Shown in pieces: positions 8,702 through 16,440 of a DNA stretch of 27,918 nt. A program made the translations under genes and the position numbers. Numbering within the stretch: position 1 is the stretch's first letter; the number at the start of each line of letters is the position of its first letter. A model generated the notes under the pieces. That model did no database searches. It saw only the letters and a list, made by a program, of their open reading frames with translations, and was not told the DNA's origin. This DNA is from Candidatus Geohabitans tengchongensis (GTDB lineage Bacteria > Sysuimicrobiota > Sysuimicrobiia > Sysuimicrobiales > Humicultoraceae). The DNA lies in the NCBI GenBank assembly GCA_031459625.1, contig JAVKIH010000001.1, positions 288,394-316,311 on the forward strand, in the 5' to 3' direction.

Positions 8702-9763
8702 CTACCGGGTCGCCGGCAGGGCAGCGTACCAGCCCTCGGCCAAGGTGCGGGCGGCACCGCGCAAACCGCGGTCGTCTGGCCGAAGGGGGCGTGGCACAGG
8801 ACGTCGCCGACAGCTTGCCCCTTGGCGAATTGCAGCTCGTACCCCCCGTCGGGGTACCGCGTGAAGGCGGCGGAACGGCCCACCGCGCCGGGATGGAGGG
8901 AGTGCTGTTGCCGGACCTCGGTACGAAAGGCCTCCACCCACTCGGCGGTGTGTTCGGGTGTGGCAAAAAACATGTAGGTGGCCTCCACCACGTGCGTGGG
9001 GTCGACGCGCAGGCCGTACCGACGCATCGTGACCTCGTCCACTCCGCCCCGCTGCAACGCGGCCAGCACCCTCACGGGATCCTTGGCGGTGTCGGCCAGG
9101 GCCCAGGCGTGTGGCGGGAGGACTGCGGTGCCGCGGACGGGCCCGACGCCGGCTGCCACCGGGGTCGGGGGGAGCATCGAGGCGAGACGCGCGGGGAGGG
9201 CCGGACCGTTCGTCGCGCGCGTGTCCCACGTTACCGCTGGTGAGCAGGAGGCGCTGAGCGCGCGAGTGACGCAGTTGCACCGCCACAAACCGCAGGGTGG
9301 TCTCGGCCCGCAGGTCCCCGGAGGTGCGCCGGCGGGTGAAGTACCGGGCGGCGGCGCCGAGGGATGGTCCCTGCACCATGTCCGCGCCGCGGTCATTCTG
9401 TTCCAGCAGTCGGCGCCGGAAGTCGTCGCGGGCCGCCCGGGCGTCCGCGTACAGGAGCGCGGTCGCCTCCAGGCGCTGCGGGGTGGAGGCAGCCACGCGG
9501 ACCAGCGTCTGCACGACGTAGAAGCGCAGGCCCGGAGCGCGGTCGCCGACGCCCACGTTGAACTGCGGGAAGTCCGGCCACCACGCGGGACCGCCCGCCA
9601 GTTCCTGCAGCGTCCGCCAGTCCACCGCCGCCAGGAGGTCGTCCGGTGTCAGTGCGGCCGCTGTGGACGCCGCGGGAGGCTGAGCCGTGGCGGCGCCGGC
9701 CAGCGCGACGATGACGAGGATGCTGGGGACGAGCGTGAGCGTTCCGCGGCGTGAGAGGGACAT
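8702..9763 (-). pseudogene. Exported protein with two internally similar domains and multiple frameshifts
   Basis: RBS GGAGG, ATG at 9763 and a signal peptide (MSLSRRGTLTLVPSILVIVALAGAATA). The coding frame switches near 9200-9280 (to LPARLASMLPP...YELQFAKG...VLCHAPFGQTTAVC) and again near 8760 (to GAARTLAEGWYAALPATR-stop). Confidence 0.65.
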
Positions 9764-9913
9764 GGCGAACCTCCGAGCACAGGCCTGGTGTGGCTCGGGC
9801 AGCGGTGCACAGTCCTGTTGACCCAAGTCACCAGAAGGGTGTGCCCAACTCGTCGCAGGTCAGTCTCCCCTGCGACCCTGCCTGGGCTGGCGTCCGCCAC
9901 CGCCGGGGGAGCG

Positions 9914-10456
9914 ATGCCCGGGAGCGGCACCTGGGGGAAGGCCGGCGCGGGGGAAGCGAGCGGCGTCGGGTGGAAACCCTCCGGCGTGCCGGAGATCCTG
10001 GCAGCAGCGTCCCTCGATCCGGAGCCGTACGTGGTCGTCGCGGTGCCCAGGCTGCTCGAGGCCAGCCTGCGCCTGGCCGTGGCCGGGCTGCACCAGCCCT
10101 GGTTCCTGGAGGTGGAAGAGGGAGAGGCGCGCCTCACGGTCCGCGCCGGGGAGTGGGCGCTCGTGGCGTCGCGCTTCCCGGGGGCCGCGACCGCCGGACC
10201 CTACCGCCTCCTCTCCTTCCCGGCCACGGCCCCAGCCGCGGGGACGGCGGAGAGCCCCGCCACAGGGCCGGCGGAGGGCCATGGCAGCGCCCGTGACCTG
10301 GCCCGCCGGCTGCAGCAGCAGGGCGTGGCGGTGCGCCTCCTCACCTCCTTCTTCCGGGACCACCTCCTGCTCCCCGCCGAGGCCCTGAGCGTGCTCGCTG
10401 CAGACGAGGCCGGCATCCCGCGGGCAGGAGGGGAGGGTGCCGGCGGCGAACCCTGA
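9914..10456 (+). CDS. ACT-domain protein (CASTOR/ACT_7-like amino-acid-binding fold)
   Basis: EPYVVVAVP, LTVRAGEW, GPYRLLSF and LARRLQQQGVAVRLLTSFFRDHLLLP match the pattern of small bacterial double-ACT proteins. The start is uncertain; the ATG at 9914 has GGGGAG upstream. Confidence 0.6.
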   Translation: MPGSGTWGKAGAGEASGVGWKPSGVPEILAAASLDPEPYVVVAVPRLLEASLRLAVAGLHQPWFLEVEEGEARLTVRAGEWALVASRFPGAATAGPYRLLSFPATAPAAGTAESPATGPAEGHGSARDLARRLQQQGVAVRLLTSFFRDHLLLPAEALSVLAADEAGIPRAGGEGAGGEP

Positions 10457-10465
10457 CCCGGAGGG

Positions 10466-10490
10466 ATTGTCCTAGAAAAGATATGTCAAT
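10466..10490. promoter_or_regulatory. AT-rich imperfect palindrome, candidate GntR operator
   Basis: ATTGTCCTAG-AAAAG-ATATGTCAAT pairs at 7 of the outer 9 positions. It is the only AT-rich patch in the area and overlaps the gntR start. Confidence 0.45.
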
Positions 10491-11538
10491 TCAACTGGCC
10501 GCCGCCGCACCGCCTTCTGCCCCGCCCCACCGCCGCCGTCCGGCCCGGTCCACACGCCCGGGGCATCCTCGGCCCGAAGTGCGCTCCGGGCTTGCCGTGC
10601 GGCCCGGCGTTCGGGCGCCGGGCGAGCAGCTGGCGGCGGAGATCCGCCACCGCATCCTCCTGGGGCGCCTGCGGCCCGGCGACCGCCTCCCGCCGGTGCG
10701 CCAGCTGGCCGCCTTCCTGCGGGTGAACCGCAACACCGTCGCCCAGGTCTACCGGCGCCTCGCCGCCCAGGGTTACCTCCGCACCGACGGCCGCCGGGGG
10801 ACGTTCGTCCGCCGGGCCTCACCCCTCACCCCCGAGGTGGTGGCGTTGGTGGACCGGCTGGCGCGGGCGGCGGCGCGGGCGGGCCTGACCCCTGCCGAGC
10901 TGCAGAGCCTGGTGACGGTGCGGGTCTCGTCGAGCGTGGGGAGTGCACGGTCGCTGCGGCCCTCGTCGCGCCTGGCCGCGCGGGTGGGCTTCGTCGAGTG
11001 CAACCCGGTGGACCTGGCCTACTTCCGGCGCCTGCTGGAGGCGCAGGTGGGCGGCGGCATCCGCCCCGTCCCGCTGGCGGAGCTGCCGCGCGCCGCGCGC
11101 GGGTGCGCGGTGCTGGTGACCACCTTCTTCCACCTGGAGGAGGTGCAGCGGCGCGTCCCGGACCGTCCGGTGCTGGGGCTGGCGGCGTTGCCGGACTTCG
11201 CCACCCTGGCCGAGGTGGCACGCCTGCCGCGACGGGCCCGCGTGGCCCTGGTGTGTGCGACGCGCGAAGGGGCGGAGGGCAAGGCCCGCTCCCTGCGCGC
11301 CGTCGGGTTGCGCCACCCGCGCCTGCGCACCGCCACGCTCGCCGACCCGCCCGACCGCCTGGCCGCCTGCCTGCGGGATGCCGACGTGCTGCTGGCCGCG
11401 CCGCGGGTGCTGGAGCGCCTGCGCACGGAGCTCCCCCTGCCCCGCCGCCTGCGGGTCATCCCCTTCGCCAGCGTGCTGAGCGAAGGGTCGCTGGCCGCGC
11501 TCCGGGCGCAGCTGACGGCGCTGGGAGCGGCGCCGTGA
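10483..11538 (+). CDS. GntR-family transcriptional regulator (YtrA-like HTH with a long C-terminal domain)
   Basis: LRPGDRLPPVRQLAAFLRVNRNTVAQVYRRLAAQGYL...GTFV, followed by an alpha/beta C-terminal region (VGFVECN, VLVTTFFH, RVALVC). The start may lie further downstream. Confidence 0.88.
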   Translation: MSIQLAAAAPPSAPPHRRRPARSTRPGHPRPEVRSGLAVRPGVRAPGEQLAAEIRHRILLGRLRPGDRLPPVRQLAAFLRVNRNTVAQVYRRLAAQGYLRTDGRRGTFVRRASPLTPEVVALVDRLARAAARAGLTPAELQSLVTVRVSSSVGSARSLRPSSRLAARVGFVECNPVDLAYFRRLLEAQVGGGIRPVPLAELPRAARGCAVLVTTFFHLEEVQRRVPDRPVLGLAALPDFATLAEVARLPRRARVALVCATREGAEGKARSLRAVGLRHPRLRTATLADPPDRLAACLRDADVLLAAPRVLERLRTELPLPRRLRVIPFASVLSEGSLAALRAQLTALGAAP

Positions 11539-12713
11539 ACGCGCGCGGGCGGGGGGCGCACCGGGGCCGGGCAGGGCGCCTGCGCGTGGCCGTCCTCATG
11601 GGCGGCCCCTCGCCCGAGCGGGAGATCTCGCTCGCCACCGGACGGCAGATCCTGGCCGCGCTCGACCCTGCCCGCTACGAGGCGGTGGCGGTCGAGGTCC
11701 TGCGCGACGGCCGGTGGACGCTGGCGCCGGGGGCGGGGGATCCGCCGCAGCTCTCGCCGCCCGCCGCGCCGCCCGAAAGCGTCGAGGCGCCCGCAGGCGC
11801 AGTGCCCGGCGCGGGAGGCGCATCCGCGGATGCGGGCGGACCGGCGCGAAGCCTGGCGCGTCGGGGTCCGCTCGGCATCGACCGGGTGATGGACCGCGGC
11901 GGCGTGGACGTGGTGATCCTGGCCATGCACGGCCCCTACGGCGAGGACGGCACGGTGCAGGGGCTGCTGGAACTGCTCGGCGTCCCCTACACGGGATCGG
12001 GGGTGCTCGCCAGCGCCCTGGCCATGGACAAGCTGCGCAGCCGCCAGCTCTTCGGCTTCAACGACATCCCCGTGCCGGCCTACCTGGTGGCCGAGCGCGG
12101 ACACGTGGCGGACCTGGAGGGCCTGGCGGCGCAGGTGGCCACGGTGCTCGGCTACCCCTGCGTGGTGAAGCCCAACGCGCTGGGCAGCAGCATCGGGGTG
12201 AGCATCGTGCGCGACCCCGGGCACCTGCGCCCCGCCCTGGAGGCGGCGTGGCGGTACGATGCCGTGGCCCTCGTCGAGGAGTTCATCGCCGGTACCGAGG
12301 TGACGTGCGCCGTCCTCGACGACCCGGTGTCGGGCGCCCCGCAGGCGCTGCCGCTCATCGAGATCGTCCCGCGGCGGGAGTTCTTCGACTACGAGGCCAA
12401 GTACACCCCGGGGGCGAGCGAGGAGATCTGCCCGGCCCGCTTGCCGCCGGCCCTGACGGCGCGGGCCGAGGAGGTGGCCCTGCGCGCCTACCGCGTCCTG
12501 GGCTGCCGCGACCTGGCCCGGGTGGACATGTTCGTGCGGGGCGAGCAGGTCATCGTGCTGGAGGTGAACACCATCCCCGGGATGACCGCCACGAGCCTTT
12601 TCCCCCAGGCGGCGCAGGTCGCGGGCATCGCCTTCCCCGCGTTGCTCGACCGCCTGGTGGCGCTGGCGCTGCGCCGCCGCACCGTGCCCGCATCCGCCGG
12701 GGCCGTCCCGTGA
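11535..12713 (+). CDS. ddl: D-alanine--D-alanine ligase
   Basis: VAVLMGGPSPEREISL, HGPYGEDGTVQGLLE, AMDK, VVKPNALGSSIG, FFDYEAKY, ARVDMF and LEVNTIPGMT. The GTG start overlaps the gntR stop. Confidence 0.95.
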   Translation: MNARGRGAHRGRAGRLRVAVLMGGPSPEREISLATGRQILAALDPARYEAVAVEVLRDGRWTLAPGAGDPPQLSPPAAPPESVEAPAGAVPGAGGASADAGGPARSLARRGPLGIDRVMDRGGVDVVILAMHGPYGEDGTVQGLLELLGVPYTGSGVLASALAMDKLRSRQLFGFNDIPVPAYLVAERGHVADLEGLAAQVATVLGYPCVVKPNALGSSIGVSIVRDPGHLRPALEAAWRYDAVALVEEFIAGTEVTCAVLDDPVSGAPQALPLIEIVPRREFFDYEAKYTPGASEEICPARLPPALTARAEEVALRAYRVLGCRDLARVDMFVRGEQVIVLEVNTIPGMTATSLFPQAAQVAGIAFPALLDRLVALALRRRTVPASAGAVP

Positions 12714-13708
12714 GCGCCTCCACCCCGCCGCTGCCGCGCGTGGCCGTGACCCTGGGCGATCCCGCCGGCATCGGCCCCGAGATCGTCCTGCGCGCGGTGG
12801 CCGACCCCCGGGTGCAGTCGCGCGTGGTCGCCGTGGTCGTGGGCGACGCCCGGGTGCTGCAGCGGGCCGCCCAGGTCACCGGCGTGCATGTGCCGTTCGC
12901 GGAAGACGGGCCGGTCCGCCTGATCGACCTGGCCAACGTCGACCACCGGCTGCAGTGGGGGCGGGTGCAGGCCTCGGCGGGGGCGGCGGCGGGGCAGTTC
13001 GTCGAGCGCGCCGTGCAGGAGGCGCTGGCCCGCCGCGTCGACGCGCTGGCCACGGCCCCGATCAACAAGGAAGCGCTGTGGCGCGCGGGCTACCGCTATC
13101 CCGGCCACACCGAGATGCTCGGCGCGCTCACCGGGCGTCCCGACCCGCTGACGATGTTCCTGGTGCGCGTGCCCGGCGGGGAGAGGCGGGTGCTACGCAT
13201 CTTCTTCCTCACGCGACACCTCGCGCTGCGCGAGGCCCTCGACCGGATCACGCGGGAGCGGATCGAGGCGATCCTGCCCCGCATGGACGCGGCGCTGCGC
13301 CGGATCGGGGTGGCGGCGCCGCGCCTGGCCGTGGCCGCCCTCAACCCGCACGCCGGGGAAGGCGGAGCGCTGGGGCGGGAAGAACAGGAGCAGATCGCGC
13401 CGGCGGTGGAGGCGGCGCGGCAGCGCGGGGTGCAGGTGGAGGGCCCCATCCCCGCGGACGCCGTCTTCGCCCAGGCCGCCGAGGGGCGGTACGACGCCGT
13501 CCTGGCCCTGTACCATGACCAGGGGCACATCGCCGCCAAGACCCTCGACTTCCACGGCACCGTGAGCGTGACCCTCGGCCTGCCCTTCATCCGCACCTCG
13601 GTGGACCACGGCACGGCCTTCGACATCGCCGGGCGAGGCGTCGCGCGCGCCGAGAGCATGATCGCCGCCATCCTGGCCGCCGGGGAGCTGGCCCGGGTGG
13701 CCGCGTGA
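12710..13708 (+). CDS. pdxA: PdxA-family dehydrogenase (4-hydroxythreonine-4-phosphate or D-threonate-4-phosphate dehydrogenase)
   Basis: TLGDPAGIGPE, TAPINK, GHTE, LNPHAGE, YHDQGH and IRTSVDHGTAFDIAG. GTGA overlap with ddl. Confidence 0.95.
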   Translation: MSASTPPLPRVAVTLGDPAGIGPEIVLRAVADPRVQSRVVAVVVGDARVLQRAAQVTGVHVPFAEDGPVRLIDLANVDHRLQWGRVQASAGAAAGQFVERAVQEALARRVDALATAPINKEALWRAGYRYPGHTEMLGALTGRPDPLTMFLVRVPGGERRVLRIFFLTRHLALREALDRITRERIEAILPRMDAALRRIGVAAPRLAVAALNPHAGEGGALGREEQEQIAPAVEAARQRGVQVEGPIPADAVFAQAAEGRYDAVLALYHDQGHIAAKTLDFHGTVSVTLGLPFIRTSVDHGTAFDIAGRGVARAESMIAAILAAGELARVAA

Positions 13709-14697
13709 GGAGGGTCGCACCGATGACCGTCAGCCCCGGCCCGCGAGGGGGGCGCATCCGCCTGCGCGGGACGCTCGACTGGTTCATCAAAGGGCACGGG
13801 CTGGGCAACGACTACCTGGTCGTCGACCCCGCCGCCCTCACCTTCCCGCTGACGCCGCCGGCGGTGCGGGCGATCTGCGACCGGCACACCGGGGTGGGCA
13901 GCGACGGGATCCTCGCCCTCGGCCCTTCGACCGCCGCCGACGTGGGGGTGCGCATCTTCAACCCCGACGGCAGCGAGGCGGAGAAGAGCGGCAACGGCCT
14001 GCGCATCCTGGCGCGGGTGCTCTACGACCATGGCTTCGTGCGCCGCCGGGCCTTCACCGTCGAAACCGCGGGCGGGGTGGCCCGCGCCCTGCTGGAGGGG
14101 CGGGCGGGCGCGGTCGAGGCGATCGCGGTGGACGTCGGCCGCGTGACCTTCGACAGCACGGCCGTGCCGGTGACGGGTCCGCCTCGCGAGGTCGTGGACG
14201 AGCCGCTGCCGGTCGAGGGCGAGCCCGAGCCGGTCCGCGTGACCGCCCTCTCGGTGGGCAACCCCCACTGCGTCGTCTTCGTGCCCGCCCTCGACCCCGC
14301 GGTGCTCCACCGGCTGGGGCCGCGCCTGGAGACCCACCCGGCCTTCCCCCGGCGCACGAACGTGCAGCTCGTCCAGGTGGTGGCGCGCGACCGGCTGGCC
14401 ATTCTCATCTGGGAGCGCGGCGTGGGCCCCACCCAGGCCTCGGGGACGAGCGCCTGTGCGGCCGCCGCCGCGGCGGTGCGGGGAGGCCTGACCGACCGGC
14501 ACGTCACCGTGGCGATGCCCGGGGGAGACCTCCAGGTGACGGTCGCTGAGGACTGGGCCCTGCAGTTGCGTGGGCCGGCCGAGGAGGTGTGCGTGGGGCG
14601 CTTCACCGGCGGGCTGCTGGCCCGGTTGCGTGGGGAGGCGACACGGGAAGGGGCCGCGGTGGGCGGCGGCGTGCGGCGCGGGGAGGCCGTGTCGTGA
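13705..14697 (+). CDS. dapF: Diaminopimelate epimerase-family protein with Ser at both catalytic positions
   Basis: KGHGLGNDY, CDRHTGVGSDG, IFNPDGSEAEKSGNGLR, SVGNPHCV, TNVQ, WERGVGPTQASGTSACA and MPGG. The start could be the ATG at 13723. Confidence 0.9.
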   Translation: MRRVAPMTVSPGPRGGRIRLRGTLDWFIKGHGLGNDYLVVDPAALTFPLTPPAVRAICDRHTGVGSDGILALGPSTAADVGVRIFNPDGSEAEKSGNGLRILARVLYDHGFVRRRAFTVETAGGVARALLEGRAGAVEAIAVDVGRVTFDSTAVPVTGPPREVVDEPLPVEGEPEPVRVTALSVGNPHCVVFVPALDPAVLHRLGPRLETHPAFPRRTNVQLVQVVARDRLAILIWERGVGPTQASGTSACAAAAAAVRGGLTDRHVTVAMPGGDLQVTVAEDWALQLRGPAEEVCVGRFTGGLLARLRGEATREGAAVGGGVRRGEAVS

Positions 14698-15194
14698 CCG
14701 CCCCGGATGCGCCGTTCGCTGGGTGGCTGGAGGCGTGGACGGAGACGCGCCGCCTCACCTACGACCTGCTAGCCGCCCTCCCCTATGCCGTGATGAACTT
14801 CTCCCCGCACCCCGACTTCGGGACCTTCATCCGCCAGATCCGGCACGTCGGGGACGTGCAGCGCGCGTTCGTCGTCGGGCTGGCCTCGGGCCAGATGCCG
14901 TCCTGGCGCGGCCCGCGGAGCCGGGAGCTGGAGCGTTCCCGCGAGGAGGTGGCGGCCTACCTGCGCCGGCTCGACGCGGAGCTCACCGAGACCCTCCGCA
15001 CGGCCGGAGGGAGCGGCGTGCGCGAGGTGCGGTGGGACGGGGAGGTCGTGACCGTGGCGCGTCACCTCGACCGCCTGCTGGCGCACGAAGTGCTGCACCA
15101 GGGGCTGTGGATCTTCTACGCCCACATCGCCGACCTGCCGCTGCCGACGAGCTGGACGCAGCGCTGGCCCGGGCTGGCAGCACCGAGCACCTGA
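14694..15194 (+). CDS. DinB/YfiT-family protein
   Basis: TRRLTYDLLAALP...FSP...IRHVGD and HEVLHQG give the three-His pattern of the DinB four-helix bundle. GTGA overlap with dapF. Confidence 0.85.
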   Translation: MTAPDAPFAGWLEAWTETRRLTYDLLAALPYAVMNFSPHPDFGTFIRQIRHVGDVQRAFVVGLASGQMPSWRGPRSRELERSREEVAAYLRRLDAELTETLRTAGGSGVREVRWDGEVVTVARHLDRLLAHEVLHQGLWIFYAHIADLPLPTSWTQRWPGLAAPST

Positions 15195-15245
15195 CCGGTC
15201 GGCTGCGGCCGCCGCGCCCGACCGGGTGGGCCGGAGCGGATCCGG

Positions 15246-15578
15246 TCAGACGGGGTAGCCGAGCGCCCGCAGCGTCTCGCGGCCTTCGGGGGTCAGGCGC
15301 GCGGGGGTCCACGGCGGGCTCCAGACGAAGTCGACACGCACCTGCCTGGCGCCCACGGCCTGGAGGCGGTTCTCGATCTCCCGCGCGATCGTCGGGCCGA
15401 TGGGGCAGCCGAGCGCCGTCAGCGTCATGCGGATGGCCACGTCGTTACCCGCGAGCGCCACGTCGTAGACGAGCCCCAGGTCCCAGATGTTCACCGGGAT
15501 TTCCGGATCGTAGACCGTCTGCAGGACCTGGATCACCTGCTCCCTGGTGAGGGTCTCCCCCATCGCCTCGCTTGACAT
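15246..15578 (-). CDS. Metal-sulfur cluster assembly factor (DUF59, SufT/PaaD-like)
   Basis: VYDPEIPVNIWDLGLVY, MTLTALGCP and VWSPPWTP. ATG at 15578 with GGAGGGAG upstream. Confidence 0.93.
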   Translation of the reverse strand: MSSEAMGETLTREQVIQVLQTVYDPEIPVNIWDLGLVYDVALAGNDVAIRMTLTALGCPIGPTIAREIENRLQAVGARQVRVDFVWSPPWTPARLTPEGRETLRALGYPV

Positions 15579-15605
15579 GCCGCTCCCTCCCGTGCGACGA
15601 TCGCG

Positions 15606-15631
15606 ATGGTCGGTCGTCAGACCATTAGACC
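15606..15631. promoter_or_regulatory. Candidate FadR-subfamily operator in the divergent sufT/fadR intergenic region
   Basis: TCGTCAGACCA (15614-15624) is one mismatch from the FadR/LldR-type TGGTCAGACCA box. It is nested in the inverted repeat ATGGTC-N8-GACCAT, with a further AGACC half-site just downstream. Confidence 0.55.
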
Positions 15632-15668
15632 TTTCTGGAGCCTCCAGGTCAAGAAGGTAGCGGAGCCG

Positions 15669-16409
15669 ATGGAGACCGTCCTCACCCCGCCCACCTTCCG
15701 TCCCGTCCGGCGCCAGCGTGTCTTCCAGGAGGTGGCCGCCCAGCTCCGGCAGCAGATCGCCGAAGGACGCTTCCGCCCGGGCGACCGGCTCCCCTCCGAG
15801 CGCGAGCTGGCCGAGGCCTTCGGCGTCAGCCGGGCCTCGGTGCGCGATGCCATCCGGGTGCTCGAGCTGGCCGGCCTGGTCGAGCCGCGGCAGGGCGAGG
15901 GGACGGTCGTGCGCGAGCTCACCCTCGACGCCTTGGTCTCTCCGCTGGCCGCGGTGCTGGCCCACGAGGGTCACTACCTGCCAGCCCTCCTGGACGCCCG
16001 GACCATCATCGAGCCGCCGGTGGCCTACCGGGCCGCCCGGCATGCCAGCGACGAGGACATCGCGGCGCTGGAGGAGATCCTCGCCCGTCAGGCCGCCCGC
16101 GTGGCGGCCGGCGAGCTGGCCATCGACGAGGACACCGCCTTCCACTACCGACTGGGCGTGGCGGCGGGGAACCCCGTCCTGTTGAGGCTGGTGGACGTGC
16201 TCATGGACCTGCTGCACGAGAGCCGGGTGCGGTCGCTGGGCGTCCCCGGGCGGCCGGAGCGGTCGCTGGCGGGCCACCGGCGCATCCTGGCCGCCGTCCG
16301 CGCGCACGATCCCGAGGGGGCCAGCGCGGCGATGCGCCAGCACCTGGAGGAGATCGGCGAGATGCTGGCCGCGGCCCGGCCGGAGCGGGCGGGGCGCAGC
16401 CGGGGCTGA
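15669..16409 (+). CDS. FadR/GntR-family regulator (LldR/GlcC/PdhR-like, FCD domain)
   Basis: GDRLPSERELAEAFGVSRASVRDAIRVLE...QGEGTVV; the FCD domain shows DTAFH, GNPVL, HRRI and MRQHL. Confidence 0.95.
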   Translation: METVLTPPTFRPVRRQRVFQEVAAQLRQQIAEGRFRPGDRLPSERELAEAFGVSRASVRDAIRVLELAGLVEPRQGEGTVVRELTLDALVSPLAAVLAHEGHYLPALLDARTIIEPPVAYRAARHASDEDIAALEEILARQAARVAAGELAIDEDTAFHYRLGVAAGNPVLLRLVDVLMDLLHESRVRSLGVPGRPERSLAGHRRILAAVRAHDPEGASAAMRQHLEEIGEMLAAARPERAGRSRG

Positions 16410-16440
16410 GGGGACCGAGCCGGAGAGCGGGAGGCGGGGC

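Noticed and set aside
8125..9396. 423-aa ORF as one real protein
   Set aside because: It is a chance in-frame join of the second half of one frameshifted gene and the second half of the next. Each gene has its own RBS and signal peptide in other frames.
7029..9763. Frameshifts as programmed ribosomal frameshifting
   Set aside because: No slippery heptamers were seen at the shift points, there are several shifts per gene, and accompanying truncations fit decay or sequence error better.
11535..12713. Ligase as a VanA/VanB-type D-Ala-D-Lac resistance enzyme
   Set aside because: The omega loop FFDYEAKY and GSSIG are of the ordinary D-Ala-D-Ala type, and no vanH/vanX/vanRS genes are nearby. The Pro/Ala insert lies in a normally variable region.
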